Source: a virus
Lineage: Duplodnaviria > Caudoviricetes
Virus record (IMG/VR): IMGVR_UViG_3300037780_000073
Span: 1 to 42,721 of that record
DNA length: 42,721 nt
Reading direction: 5' to 3' (one strand)
Shown one piece after another: positions 1 through 7,838 of the stretch (within the stretch, counting starts at the first letter, position 1; each line of letters begins with the position of its first letter). The notes beneath the pieces are model-generated. The model saw nothing but the letters and a program-made list of their open reading frames with translations. It made no database searches and was not told the DNA's origin. Both the position numbers and the translations under genes were made by a program.

Positions 1-127
1 CATACCGCAAGGGACAATCCTCTCCTGTTTTCAGCGGCAGCAAGGGAATATTGTCTCCCCATGACAATTTCCTTCAAAGAGGCTCTTGCAGGAGCAATGA
101 AAGCATCCGGCCTGTCGATGCGAAAAC
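1..127 (+). repeat. Terminal direct repeat copy 1 (circular assembly overlap)
   Basis: 1-127 is identical to 42595-42721; 127 is a common assembler k-mer; the repeat cuts through the cI 5' end. Confidence 0.95.
10..58. promoter_or_regulatory. OR-type repressor operators between cro and cI
   Basis: AGGGACAATCCTCTCC (10-25), AGGGAATATTGTCTCC (43-58) and AGGGACAATTCTCCGC (42580-42595) are related imperfect 16-bp palindromes; the same motif recurs at 1413-1457. Confidence 0.75.
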
Positions 128-690
128 TTGCCGACAAGGCGGGTGTCTCCTATGAGCAATTGAAGAAGGTCAGCCAGGGCAGGACGCAAAGCACCAACGC
201 CGAGGATGCTTTAAAACTCGCCAGCGCTGTTGGTGTATCACTTGAAAGCTTCATGCTTGGCGAATTCGACGGAAGCCCCACCATCGCCATAGCGGGCAAG
301 GTTGGGGCCGGTGCGCAGGTCCCTGTGTTCGACGCCTATGAAAAGGGTGACGGGCCACAGGTGGAGTGTCCGCCCGGCCTGTCACCGCATGGCGTGGTTG
401 CGGTCGAGGTCGAGGGTGACAGCATGGAGCCGGTCTATTCCGCTGGCGATCTGCTGTTCTACACCCGAAACGGCCATGACAGCGTTCCTGACGATGTGAT
501 CGGCCACAAGTGCGTTTGCGAAGACGTAGAGGGCATGGGCTGGGTCAAGCAGGTGAAGGCGGGCGATGAACCGGGGCTGTTCCACCTCATTTCACTGAAC
601 CCTACCGGATCCAATATGCACAACGTGCGCCTGAACTGGGCGGCGCGGGTCAGGCTGCATTGGCCGGCAGAACTGGCTAGGAAGAAGTAG
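61..690 (+). CDS. cI: CI-like repressor (XRE HTH + S24 peptidase)
   Basis: N-terminal HTH; Ala-Gly cleavage site (VGAG), catalytic Ser (GDSMEP) and Lys (WVKQV); divergent from a cro-like gene. Confidence 0.92.
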   Translation: MTISFKEALAGAMKASGLSMRKLADKAGVSYEQLKKVSQGRTQSTNAEDALKLASAVGVSLESFMLGEFDGSPTIAIAGKVGAGAQVPVFDAYEKGDGPQVECPPGLSPHGVVAVEVEGDSMEPVYSAGDLLFYTRNGHDSVPDDVIGHKCVCEDVEGMGWVKQVKAGDEPGLFHLISLNPTGSNMHNVRLNWAARVRLHWPAELARKK

Positions 691-883
691 GCAGCATCCC
701 GTCAAGCTTGTACTTCACGCGCCCCCATGCAATGGAGAACTCGAAATTGCCATCACCTGTTGCGTAGCAAATCACGCTCCCCTCGATAGCATTGGCAACT
801 TGGGTGTGCGTCAAGCCGAGACGGATGTAGTCACAGATCATTTGCCGGGTTGGTGCGCCGACGGGAACGCCTTGCACTTTCAT
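677..883 (-). CDS. Hypothetical protein (68 aa) convergent with cI
   Basis: GGAGG RBS before the ATG at 883; stop overlaps the cI 3' end. Confidence 0.5.
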   Translation of the reverse strand: MKVQGVPVGAPTRQMICDYIRLGLTHTQVANAIEGSVICYATGDGNFEFSIAWGRVKYKLDGMLPTSS

Positions 884-895
884 TCTATCCTCCAT

Positions 896-920
896 CCCCG
901 CTCCGGCGGGGTTTTTCTTT
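896..920 (+). terminator. Rho-independent terminator downstream of cI
   Basis: CCCCGC-TCCG-GCGGGG followed by TTTTTCTTT. Confidence 0.75.
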
Positions 921-954
921 GCGCACGCGATGCGCTGAGCTGATATCGTATCCC

Positions 955-1200
955 AACGCCGGGAACGGAATCGCCCACATGCGGCGTGACCCCGAACCCG
1001 GCTTAGGGCTTTGCGGCCCTGTGTCTCTCGTTAGCTGCGAGAGGCTAAGGCCACGGTTGTCAGCGGGACGCTGATTGACCGAAGGTCGGCAGGCAAAGGA
1101 GGGTGCACACTCCCAAGCCAAGCCGCCTCGCAAGGGCGGGATAGAAGTACTGAGTGTGGAGACACGCTCGACCGGTCGAGCAGCGCACCGAAGGGAACAC
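955..1200 (+). ncRNA. Putative structured RNA / long leader (unrecognised family)
   Basis: At least 8 adjacent hairpins; upstream extended -10 TGaTATCGT (941-949); no convincing ORF. Confidence 0.45.
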
Positions 1201-1202
1201 CC

Positions 1203-1289
1203 ATGCGGTTTTGCTTGGCGGTGGCAATGTTGGCGGATCTGATCACCATCATTGTCGGGCTGATCGTCATTGCTGAAAAGCTATCGTGA
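1203..1289 (+). CDS. 28-aa hydrophobic peptide MRFCLAVAMLADLITIIVGLIVIAEKLS (type I toxin-like)
   Basis: Read manually (below the ORF-track cutoff); AAGGGA RBS; single TM-like segment with charged C-terminus; followed by a hairpin. Confidence 0.55.
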   Translation: MRFCLAVAMLADLITIIVGLIVIAEKLS

Positions 1290-1294
1290 CACCC

Positions 1295-1316
1295 AGGGGA
1301 GGTTCCGGCCTCCCCT
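1295..1316 (+). terminator. Hairpin after the peptide gene (possible terminator)
   Basis: AGGGGAGG-TTCCGG-CCTCCCCT; weak U-tract. Confidence 0.45.
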
Positions 1317-1412
1317 ACCTCTTTGCGCTTGCCTCCACCTCAGATTCCATCCGCCCAGATCGAGCTGACAAGTCTATTCTATCAGGTCAGGGGTCGCGAA
1401 AGAAGATGTGAT

Positions 1413-1465
1413 GGGGATAATTTTCCCCAAATCTACTTGACGGGGATATTTGTCCGCATTATTCT
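1413..1465 (+). promoter_or_regulatory. PL-like early promoter with two operators
   Basis: TTGACG(1437-1442)-N17-TATTCT(1460-1465); operators GGGGATAATTTTCCCC (1413-1428) and GGGGATATTTGTCCGC (1442-1457). Confidence 0.8.
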
Positions 1466-1553
1466 AATCCCATCACCGCAGAAGACGCACCAGCCGAACC
1501 GGCCACCGAGCCAACAGGCAGCAGATCGCGGGAAGAGAATGGGAGAGACGATT

Positions 1554-1787
1554 ATGCCGTTGCCGAAGCACGAATTTGAACCACCTGCACTTGATGGGGT
1601 GTCCGCATCGGAAATCACACCGATGTTCATTATGGGCCTGTTCCCTAATGTGGCCGTGTACCGCTTGGTTCAAGGGAATGGATACTCAGTCAAGGTTTGG
1701 CGCGGCGCGGCCGGTCGCTGGAAGCACCTTGAAACCGTCAATTCCACGACTGCCGCCCTGGCTGCGGCGGCTCGGTACAATTCGTAA
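1554..1787 (+). CDS. Hypothetical early protein
   Basis: First ORF after PL; GGGAGAG RBS before the ATG at 1554. Confidence 0.65.
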   Translation: MPLPKHEFEPPALDGVSASEITPMFIMGLFPNVAVYRLVQGNGYSVKVWRGAAGRWKHLETVNSTTAALAAAARYNS

Positions 1788-1802
1788 TCGGGAGGGACGG
1801 CA

Positions 1803-2213
1803 GTGAATACGCTGAAATGGGATTTGGATCTGATCGCAGAGGGCTGGAACGCCCAACGTGCTGTTCAGACCCGCGCCGTTCTGATGCGCAATCATATCGA
1901 AGCTGGGAACATCTGTCGCGCCGAAGAGTATGCGGTCGAGATCGATCAGCTTCAGGCTGCCGAGGCCGTTTCGCTGGGTATGGCTATCCATGAATGCCCT
2001 TCGCACATGGAGGAATGGACTCTGGCCCTACTGCCTTGGGTGAACATCCTGATCGGTGGCGGCTATCGTCGCGAGCGCATTTTCTGGGAAACCATCGGCG
2101 CGACCGAAGGGCAGGTACTGGCGCATGCTCAGAACGTGTTCAGCAATCGTTGGATCGGCATTCAGGACGTGTCTCCGGTCTATCCGGCCCGCATGTCCAT
2201 GGCTGCGGAGTGA
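1803..2213 (+). CDS. Hypothetical protein
   Basis: GGGAGG RBS, GTG start, operon tiling; ends in MAAE. Confidence 0.7.
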   Translation: MNTLKWDLDLIAEGWNAQRAVQTRAVLMRNHIEAGNICRAEEYAVEIDQLQAAEAVSLGMAIHECPSHMEEWTLALLPWVNILIGGGYRRERIFWETIGATEGQVLAHAQNVFSNRWIGIQDVSPVYPARMSMAAE

Positions 2214-2218
2214 CCGAC

Positions 2219-2533
2219 ATGGAAATCCACACATCCCACCTTCGATTGTCGGCGGCAGGAAAAGAGGCCTATGCAGCTCACTGGTGCGACAACGTGAGTA
2301 TGAAAGCGCACCTTGTCCGCGAGTCCCGGGCGAGCTTAGTCCAAGCCCTGTCGGGTGAACCTGCTGGGGCTGGGAGCCTCATGTGCCGAGAAGTTCTCTT
2401 GGATGTCATCGCAATGGCGATCCTTCACAGCAACGATATTGACTCTACCCCTCAGTCCCAAGCTGAGGCGGTGCTGGCCGACATCCTGGACACCTGCCTG
2501 CCCATTCCGGGTGAAAAGGCCTCCAAGGAGTGA
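2219..2533 (+). CDS. Hypothetical protein
   Basis: GGAG RBS; ATG 5 nt after the previous stop. Confidence 0.65.
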   Translation: MEIHTSHLRLSAAGKEAYAAHWCDNVSMKAHLVRESRASLVQALSGEPAGAGSLMCREVLLDVIAMAILHSNDIDSTPQSQAEAVLADILDTCLPIPGEKASKE

Positions 2534-2538
2534 TCGAC

Positions 2539-2853
2539 ATGCGCAGCACCACCCAACACACCAACACCGTTGTCTCGCACTCACGGGACGGTGGCACCCC
2601 GGCGGGTAGTTTTTCCTCCCGTTCGACCCGCCGGGGTCTCAATTCAGAACACGCCGCGTTCGGCACCATGTGGGAGCGCCACAACGCCCCGCAGATGGCC
2701 GATGATTGCTGGCTGAACAGCAGGGCCGCCAGGTGGGTGATGTACTTCGCTGTCGCCGTGGTCGTGGCCTTTTTCGCCAAGCACGTCGCCGGAACCGCCC
2801 TCGCGAACGCCGCGTTCGATGCCGTAAATTTCCGCGCTGACTGGCGCGGCTGA
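2539..2853 (+). CDS. Hypothetical membrane protein
   Basis: AAGGAG RBS; C-terminal TM segment WVMYFAVAVVVAFFA. Confidence 0.55.
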   Translation: MRSTTQHTNTVVSHSRDGGTPAGSFSSRSTRRGLNSEHAAFGTMWERHNAPQMADDCWLNSRAARWVMYFAVAVVVAFFAKHVAGTALANAAFDAVNFRADWRG

Positions 2854-2949
2854 ACACTCCCAGACGCGGATCAAGATCTTCCGTTGCCGCGTCCAAACTT
2901 CCCGGCGGTTGCTGCTCGCGCCGCCGGGGCTTTTTCAGAGGAGAATGAC

Positions 2950-3798
2950 ATGAACCAGATCGCCAAAGTCGAACCGCAAGAAGTCGCGATGCCTGTCGCC
3001 GATCCGATGGTCAGCATGATTGAACGGGTCGTCCTGAGCCCGGATGCAGACCTGGACAAGCTGGAGCGTATGCTGGCGATGAAAGAGCGCATGGAGGCCA
3101 ATAACGCCCGGGTGGCATTCGCTCGCGCGCTTTCGGAGGCACGCGCCGTGATCCCCCCGATCGTGAAAGATGCGACCGTGGACTTCACCAGCAGCAAAGG
3201 ACGGACCCACTACCGGCACGAAACACTGGCTGGTATCGCAAAGGTCGTTGACCCAATCCTGTCGAGCCATGGGCTTTCCTATCGATTTCGAACCGAGCAA
3301 GGGCAGGGAGGCGTTCGCGTAACCTGCATCGTAGCCCATGCCGAAGGCCACTCGGAAGAAACGACGCTCACGGGGGCACCTGACGGGTCCGGCAGCAAGA
3401 ACAGCTTTCAGGCAATCGGTAGCGCAGTGACCTACCTTCAGCGGTACACGCTCAAGGCTGCATTGGGGCTGTCCGCTGAGGTCGATGACGATGGTCAGGC
3501 TGCGGCACCTCGCGATGGTGGCGCACAGCGACAGCAAGGCCACGGGCAGCCGCCGCAGGTTTCCCCGGCTGAGCGGGCTTCCGACCGGATGATTACGGCG
3601 ATCCGCAAGAACGGTGCCGATGTCGTTCAAGGCTCCCCTCAGTTTCAGGATGACTTTGCTCGCCTGAAACAGGAAGCCCCCGAATTTGCCGCCCGGGTCG
3701 AGGCCGAGATCGACACGTGGGAGAAGGCCAACCGCAAGGAAGCGGTTGTTGACCTGATCGGCGAAGACGAAATCCCTTATGGAGGTCCTTCCAAATGA
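2950..3798 (+). CDS. erf: ERF-family single-strand annealing recombinase
   Basis: ERF motif GSAVTYLQRYTLKAALGL..DDDG; acidic DEIPY tail. Confidence 0.9.
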   Translation: MNQIAKVEPQEVAMPVADPMVSMIERVVLSPDADLDKLERMLAMKERMEANNARVAFARALSEARAVIPPIVKDATVDFTSSKGRTHYRHETLAGIAKVVDPILSSHGLSYRFRTEQGQGGVRVTCIVAHAEGHSEETTLTGAPDGSGSKNSFQAIGSAVTYLQRYTLKAALGLSAEVDDDGQAAAPRDGGAQRQQGHGQPPQVSPAERASDRMITAIRKNGADVVQGSPQFQDDFARLKQEAPEFAARVEAEIDTWEKANRKEAVVDLIGEDEIPYGGPSK

Positions 3799-4490
3799 AC
3801 ATTCAAGCGTCCATCGGCCACAACCAGGCCCCCGATCCTCTTGACGAGGCCCTTGCGCCCTATGGCGACCACATCAGCGAGGCAGAGAACTGGCTGGACG
3901 GCTCCCCGGTTCAGGACGAACAGCAGATGAAGGCCGTCGATGCCCTGCTCAAGCAGATCAAGGCGGCGAAAAGGGACGTGACCGCCGCGCAGAAGTCCGA
4001 AAGCGCCCCTCTGCATGACGCGTGGAAGGCCAGCCTTGCCCGGTTCAAGCCGACCATTGAAGACCTGGACCGCCAGGCTAAGGGTCTGGCGGCTCTGGTG
4101 GATGGCTTCAAGCGTAAGTTGGCTGAGGAAAAGCGCGCGGCCGAACGGGCCGCCTGGGAAGCCGCGGAGAAAGCCCGCAAAGAAGCTGCGGCTAAGGCCG
4201 CCGCCGCCGATACGGCAAACATCGAAGAGCAGCGCGAGTCCGACGAGGCCCGACGTGTCGCGCAGGAGGCAGAGAAAGAGGCGCAACTCGCGCGGCGCGA
4301 TGCAAAGGGCATCAAGGGCCTGCGCACCGTGACCCGGCACCAGATCGAAAGCCACAAGGTGGCCCTTCACTGGATCGCGGCCAACGACCAGGACGCCATG
4401 ACCGCCTTCATCGAAGACTATGTGCGCCTAAACCACAAGTCCAAGCAGATCGATGGCGTGAAAGTCTGGCAGGAGCAGGAGGCGTTCTGA
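3795..4490 (+). CDS. Conserved phage coiled-coil protein of the recombination module
   Basis: IGHNQAP N-terminus, long Ala/Glu/Lys helix, IDGVKVW C-terminus; ATGA coupling with erf. Confidence 0.75.
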   Translation: MNIQASIGHNQAPDPLDEALAPYGDHISEAENWLDGSPVQDEQQMKAVDALLKQIKAAKRDVTAAQKSESAPLHDAWKASLARFKPTIEDLDRQAKGLAALVDGFKRKLAEEKRAAERAAWEAAEKARKEAAAKAAAADTANIEEQRESDEARRVAQEAEKEAQLARRDAKGIKGLRTVTRHQIESHKVALHWIAANDQDAMTAFIEDYVRLNHKSKQIDGVKVWQEQEAF

Positions 4491-4942
4491 TGGACTGGCG
4501 GCATGTTGTGACAGACGCTCAAAGCCTTGTGACGCTCTATGCGCGCCTCGGAGACATGCAACAGCCCTTCAACGTCGCCGTGCAGGAGGGCGAAGGCAAA
4601 AAACGCACCCTGTCCCAGAACAACCTTTTCTACGCCTGGATGGGGCAGATCGCCAAGGCCACCCACAACGACCCGGCCAGCGTTAAGGCGGACTGCCATA
4701 TCCAGTGGGGGATTCCGATCTTTCGCGCCGAGGATGAGGACTATGCAGACTTCATTCAGCGCGCCCTTGGTGGGTTGCACCGGGGAGACGTCAAAGAGCG
4801 CATCAAAAAGGGGTTTATCCCCTGCACCAGCCTGATGAGCCGCCCAATTCTCAGCCGCTACATGGATGCGGTTTGGCGGCACTACGCCCCACACGTCCGA
4901 CTGATGGACCCTGAAGAACTGAAATGGAGAGAGGCAGCATGA
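4490..4942 (+). CDS. ninB: NinB/Orf-like recombination mediator
   Basis: KRTLSQNNLFYAWMGQIA motif and C-terminal TS-x-M...YMD motif. Confidence 0.7.
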   Translation: MDWRHVVTDAQSLVTLYARLGDMQQPFNVAVQEGEGKKRTLSQNNLFYAWMGQIAKATHNDPASVKADCHIQWGIPIFRAEDEDYADFIQRALGGLHRGDVKERIKKGFIPCTSLMSRPILSRYMDAVWRHYAPHVRLMDPEELKWREAA

Positions 4943-5283
4943 CCCGACGCCGGATGAGCACCACCCGCCGCGCCCGCATCTTCCAGGCTGCCAACGGCGT
5001 CTGCCACATCTGCGGCGAACAGATCGACGGCACCCGCGAGCGCTGGGACGCAGACCACGTTATCCCACTGGAGATCAGCGGTGATGACAGTGACGAAAAT
5101 CTACGCCCGGCACATGAGCGCTGTCACCGGGCCAAAACCGCGAAAGAGGACGTGCCGACCATTGCAAAGTGCAAGCGCGTGGCGGCCAAACACAGCGGCG
5201 CTCACAAGACGAAATCAACCTTTCCCGGGTCAAGGGGGAGCAAATGGAAACGCAAAATCGACGGAACAGTTGTTCCTCGTTGA
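4939..5283 (+). CDS. HNH endonuclease
   Basis: CHIC...DHVIPL...NLRPAHERCH; WKRKIDG tail. Confidence 0.88.
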   Translation: MTRRRMSTTRRARIFQAANGVCHICGEQIDGTRERWDADHVIPLEISGDDSDENLRPAHERCHRAKTAKEDVPTIAKCKRVAAKHSGAHKTKSTFPGSRGSKWKRKIDGTVVPR

Positions 5284-5401
5284 TCCTCTGGAGAGCTGCG
5301 CCACATCCGAACGACGTTGACCAGCCGCAGTTCCCCTGAAGATCAATCCCGCCCGATCCCTGTTTCCGTGAGTGAGGTCGGGCGGGAGAAAGGAGACCGC
5401 C

Positions 5402-5620
5402 ATGAAGCCCATCACCCGCGAGGCCGCCAAGGAAATGGCCGATCACCTGCGCAGCGCCTATCCCATCGACCGGAACGAGGTCGCAGACTTTCTGGAAGCT
5501 GCGGCAATCAAACTGCCAAGTACTGCACAAACCGTTAGCCCGGCGGAAGCAATGAGAAGCTTCAACGAACGGCCCTTGGCCTTCCATGAAGATCACCTCA
5601 GCAACCCGAACAGAATGTGA
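5402..5620 (+). CDS. Hypothetical protein
   Basis: AAGGAG RBS before the ATG at 5402. Confidence 0.6.
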   Translation: MKPITREAAKEMADHLRSAYPIDRNEVADFLEAAAIKLPSTAQTVSPAEAMRSFNERPLAFHEDHLSNPNRM

Positions 5621-5627
5621 CCCAAAT

Positions 5628-6122
5628 ATGGCAGCTTATGAAGCCCCGGGCGAAAGCAACGAATGGTACACCCCAGCCTACATTTTCGAGGCGCTGGGTC
5701 TGGAATTTGATCTGGATGTTGCAAGCCCCATGGATGGCCCCCGACATGTTCCGGCGCGCCAGTTCATGACCCAGAAAGACGATGGCCTTGCCTCAGAGTG
5801 GCGCGGCCTTGTCTGGATGAACCCGCCTTTCGGTCATCAATCGACAAAGCGCAATTGGCTTGGTCGATTTTTCGATCACGGCAACGGCGTGGCCCTGCTG
5901 CCGGATCGTACATCTGCTCCATGGTGGCAAGAATTCGCACCGCGCGCCGATGCCGTCTTGTTTATCGCCCCGAAGGTCAAATTTGAACGCCCAGATGGAA
6001 CGCTGGGCGAACAACCAGGCAGCGGCACAACCCTCTTTGCAGCAGGCCCAGAGGCCGCAGTCGCACTGATCAATGCAACGTCGTTGGGGCACGCCTTCTA
6101 CCCAGCTGCAAAAGCCGCCTAA
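5628..6122 (+). CDS. Phage DNA N6-adenine methyltransferase
   Basis: EWYTP, FDLDVAS and WMNPPF motifs. Confidence 0.88.
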   Translation: MAAYEAPGESNEWYTPAYIFEALGLEFDLDVASPMDGPRHVPARQFMTQKDDGLASEWRGLVWMNPPFGHQSTKRNWLGRFFDHGNGVALLPDRTSAPWWQEFAPRADAVLFIAPKVKFERPDGTLGEQPGSGTTLFAAGPEAAVALINATSLGHAFYPAAKAA

Positions 6123-6145
6123 CGCTACCAAATGAGGACCGCTTC

Positions 6146-6430
6146 ATGAACCACATCCAGACATGGCAACAGGGCCAATTCATTGACCAGCAGAAATACG
6201 ACTGCATGGGCGAATTCTGGAAAGACGAAAAGCGCAAAGACGAAGCTCACCTGGTACGCCCGGAGCCGACAGGGAACGCGGTCTGCTGGTGTCCCGATCC
6301 TCGCCACGCAGGCTGGATCGCGCAGCGTCTCAACCTCGCATCCAAGCTGGAACAGATGACCTACGACTTTGCGACCGGCAAAACGGACGGCTCCGAAATT
6401 GTCGAGCTGGTCAAGAGCAACACAGACTGA
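6146..6430 (+). CDS. Hypothetical protein
   Basis: GAGGA RBS; array member. Confidence 0.7.
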   Translation: MNHIQTWQQGQFIDQQKYDCMGEFWKDEKRKDEAHLVRPEPTGNAVCWCPDPRHAGWIAQRLNLASKLEQMTYDFATGKTDGSEIVELVKSNTD

Positions 6431-6442
6431 GAGGAGCGGAAA

Positions 6443-6619
6443 ATGACAGTCAAAGAACTAATCCGTGAACTGAAACGCTGGCCCTCCGACATGAGGGTCG
6501 CGGCTGCCAATCACGACAACGATGCTGATGAGATCAGCGCCGAAATAGAAGTGGTCCAGCCGCTTGAAGATGGCACCATGAGGGACGCCATTGGGCCTCG
6601 CATTGTGCTGCGACCCTAA
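6443..6619 (+). CDS. Hypothetical 58-aa protein (MTVKELIRELK...)
   Basis: Read manually; GAGGAG RBS; MTVKELI-type small phage protein; fills the gap exactly. Confidence 0.7.
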   Translation: MTVKELIRELKRWPSDMRVAAANHDNDADEISAEIEVVQPLEDGTMRDAIGPRIVLRP

Positions 6620-6637
6620 CAGAACTGGACCAGTTTC

Positions 6638-6862
6638 ATGCAGATCAAACAGCTTGAATGGCGGGGGCATGGTGCGCAGTTGGATGCCTCTGCGTTCGGG
6701 ATTGAAACCTTCTACCGAGTGAGCGGCGAGCCGGGAGACTGGACGCTTATGTCACCCGGCCCCCGCGAATATGTGGACACCCCCGGATACGAGACGCAGG
6801 CGGCCGCCAAAGCAGCCGCGCAAATCGATTTTGAGCGGCGTCTCAAAGCCGAAACCCTCTGA
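6638..6862 (+). CDS. Hypothetical protein
   Basis: IKQLEW...AAKAAAQIDFERR pattern typical of small phage proteins. Confidence 0.7.
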   Translation: MQIKQLEWRGHGAQLDASAFGIETFYRVSGEPGDWTLMSPGPREYVDTPGYETQAAAKAAAQIDFERRLKAETL

Positions 6863-6878
6863 ATGAAAGCGACCCGAA

Positions 6879-7082
6879 ATGCACACCACCAAATCTCTTA
6901 CCAGTGCGGCGATCACTGAGGCTGTAGCCGTCGTGGTTACCTGCCTGTTTGGAGTGGTTGGGGCATGGGGGTTGTTCGCCGCCTCCGCTCTAATCTGCGT
7001 CCTTTTCCCCCTCTGGGTTATCGCGGTCGCCACTGCCGCCATCGCAGCGAAATTCTACCCCGAAACCCCTGACAAAGAGTGA
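6879..7082 (+). CDS. Small membrane protein
   Basis: Two hydrophobic segments; array tiling. Confidence 0.6.
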   Translation: MHTTKSLTSAAITEAVAVVVTCLFGVVGAWGLFAASALICVLFPLWVIAVATAAIAAKFYPETPDKE

Positions 7083-7094
7083 CCGGAAACCGAC

Positions 7095-7316
7095 ATGGCC
7101 AGAGGCGACATAGACGACCCGACCAACTGGGGCAGCACTGTGAGGAACAACCTTATGAAGCGCCCGAACTACAGCCCGTATTGCGGCAATGACGACTGCG
7201 TTTGGCACATGCCGCGGACCACGTTCAACGACGGGCAATTCGAATGCCGTTGCGGTTGGCGCTCCGGCTTCGAGCCAGACTTCATCAAGCAATACAAAGC
7301 CCGCTGGGGCAAGTGA
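7095..7316 (+). CDS. Small Cys-containing (Zn-ribbon-like) protein
   Basis: YSPYCGNDDC...FECRCGW. Confidence 0.7.
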   Translation: MARGDIDDPTNWGSTVRNNLMKRPNYSPYCGNDDCVWHMPRTTFNDGQFECRCGWRSGFEPDFIKQYKARWGK

Positions 7317-7330
7317 GAGGACCGGATACC

Positions 7331-7564
7331 ATGACCCACGAAATAGCACCTAAGCTGGATGTAGAAATCCTCCCCAGCAAAGACGCACCGCTGATGCTGC
7401 ATGAGCAGGTTGCCAGCGGTGAATACGGGGGGCGGGATTTCCGCGCCATCCGAGACGTGACTGGGCTGCACTGGCAGATCCAGATTGGCGAGACAACCGC
7501 CAAGTTCTCTCTCAATTCGGCCCTGCAAGAAATCGTCACGCAGACCGTCGATCAGAAGCTTTAA
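7331..7564 (+). CDS. Hypothetical protein
   Basis: GAGGA RBS, ATG at 7331. Confidence 0.65.
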   Translation: MTHEIAPKLDVEILPSKDAPLMLHEQVASGEYGGRDFRAIRDVTGLHWQIQIGETTAKFSLNSALQEIVTQTVDQKL

Positions 7565-7575
7565 GGGACCGGAAA

Positions 7576-7818
7576 ATGGACATGAACAAGCCGCTGTTCA
7601 GGTTTGAACCTGACCCAGACACCCCGTGCACAAGTGACTACCCATGGGTAGCCCATCGTCCAGCTGACATGCCTGACGACATGTCCAACGTGATCTGCCC
7701 AGGCTGCGACGTGGTGATCGCCACCCGCTTGCCGAACCGTGTCGCGATGGGAATTGCAGACGCACACAACGGCACATTCACGCCGCACGAAACCGACGGG
7801 ACCACCCTCATCCCCTGA
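7576..7818 (+). CDS. Hypothetical protein
   Basis: Array tiling; junction motif upstream. Confidence 0.6.
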   Translation: MDMNKPLFRFEPDPDTPCTSDYPWVAHRPADMPDDMSNVICPGCDVVIATRLPNRVAMGIADAHNGTFTPHETDGTTLIP

Positions 7819-7838
7819 CATAAGAGGACCCCTTAACC

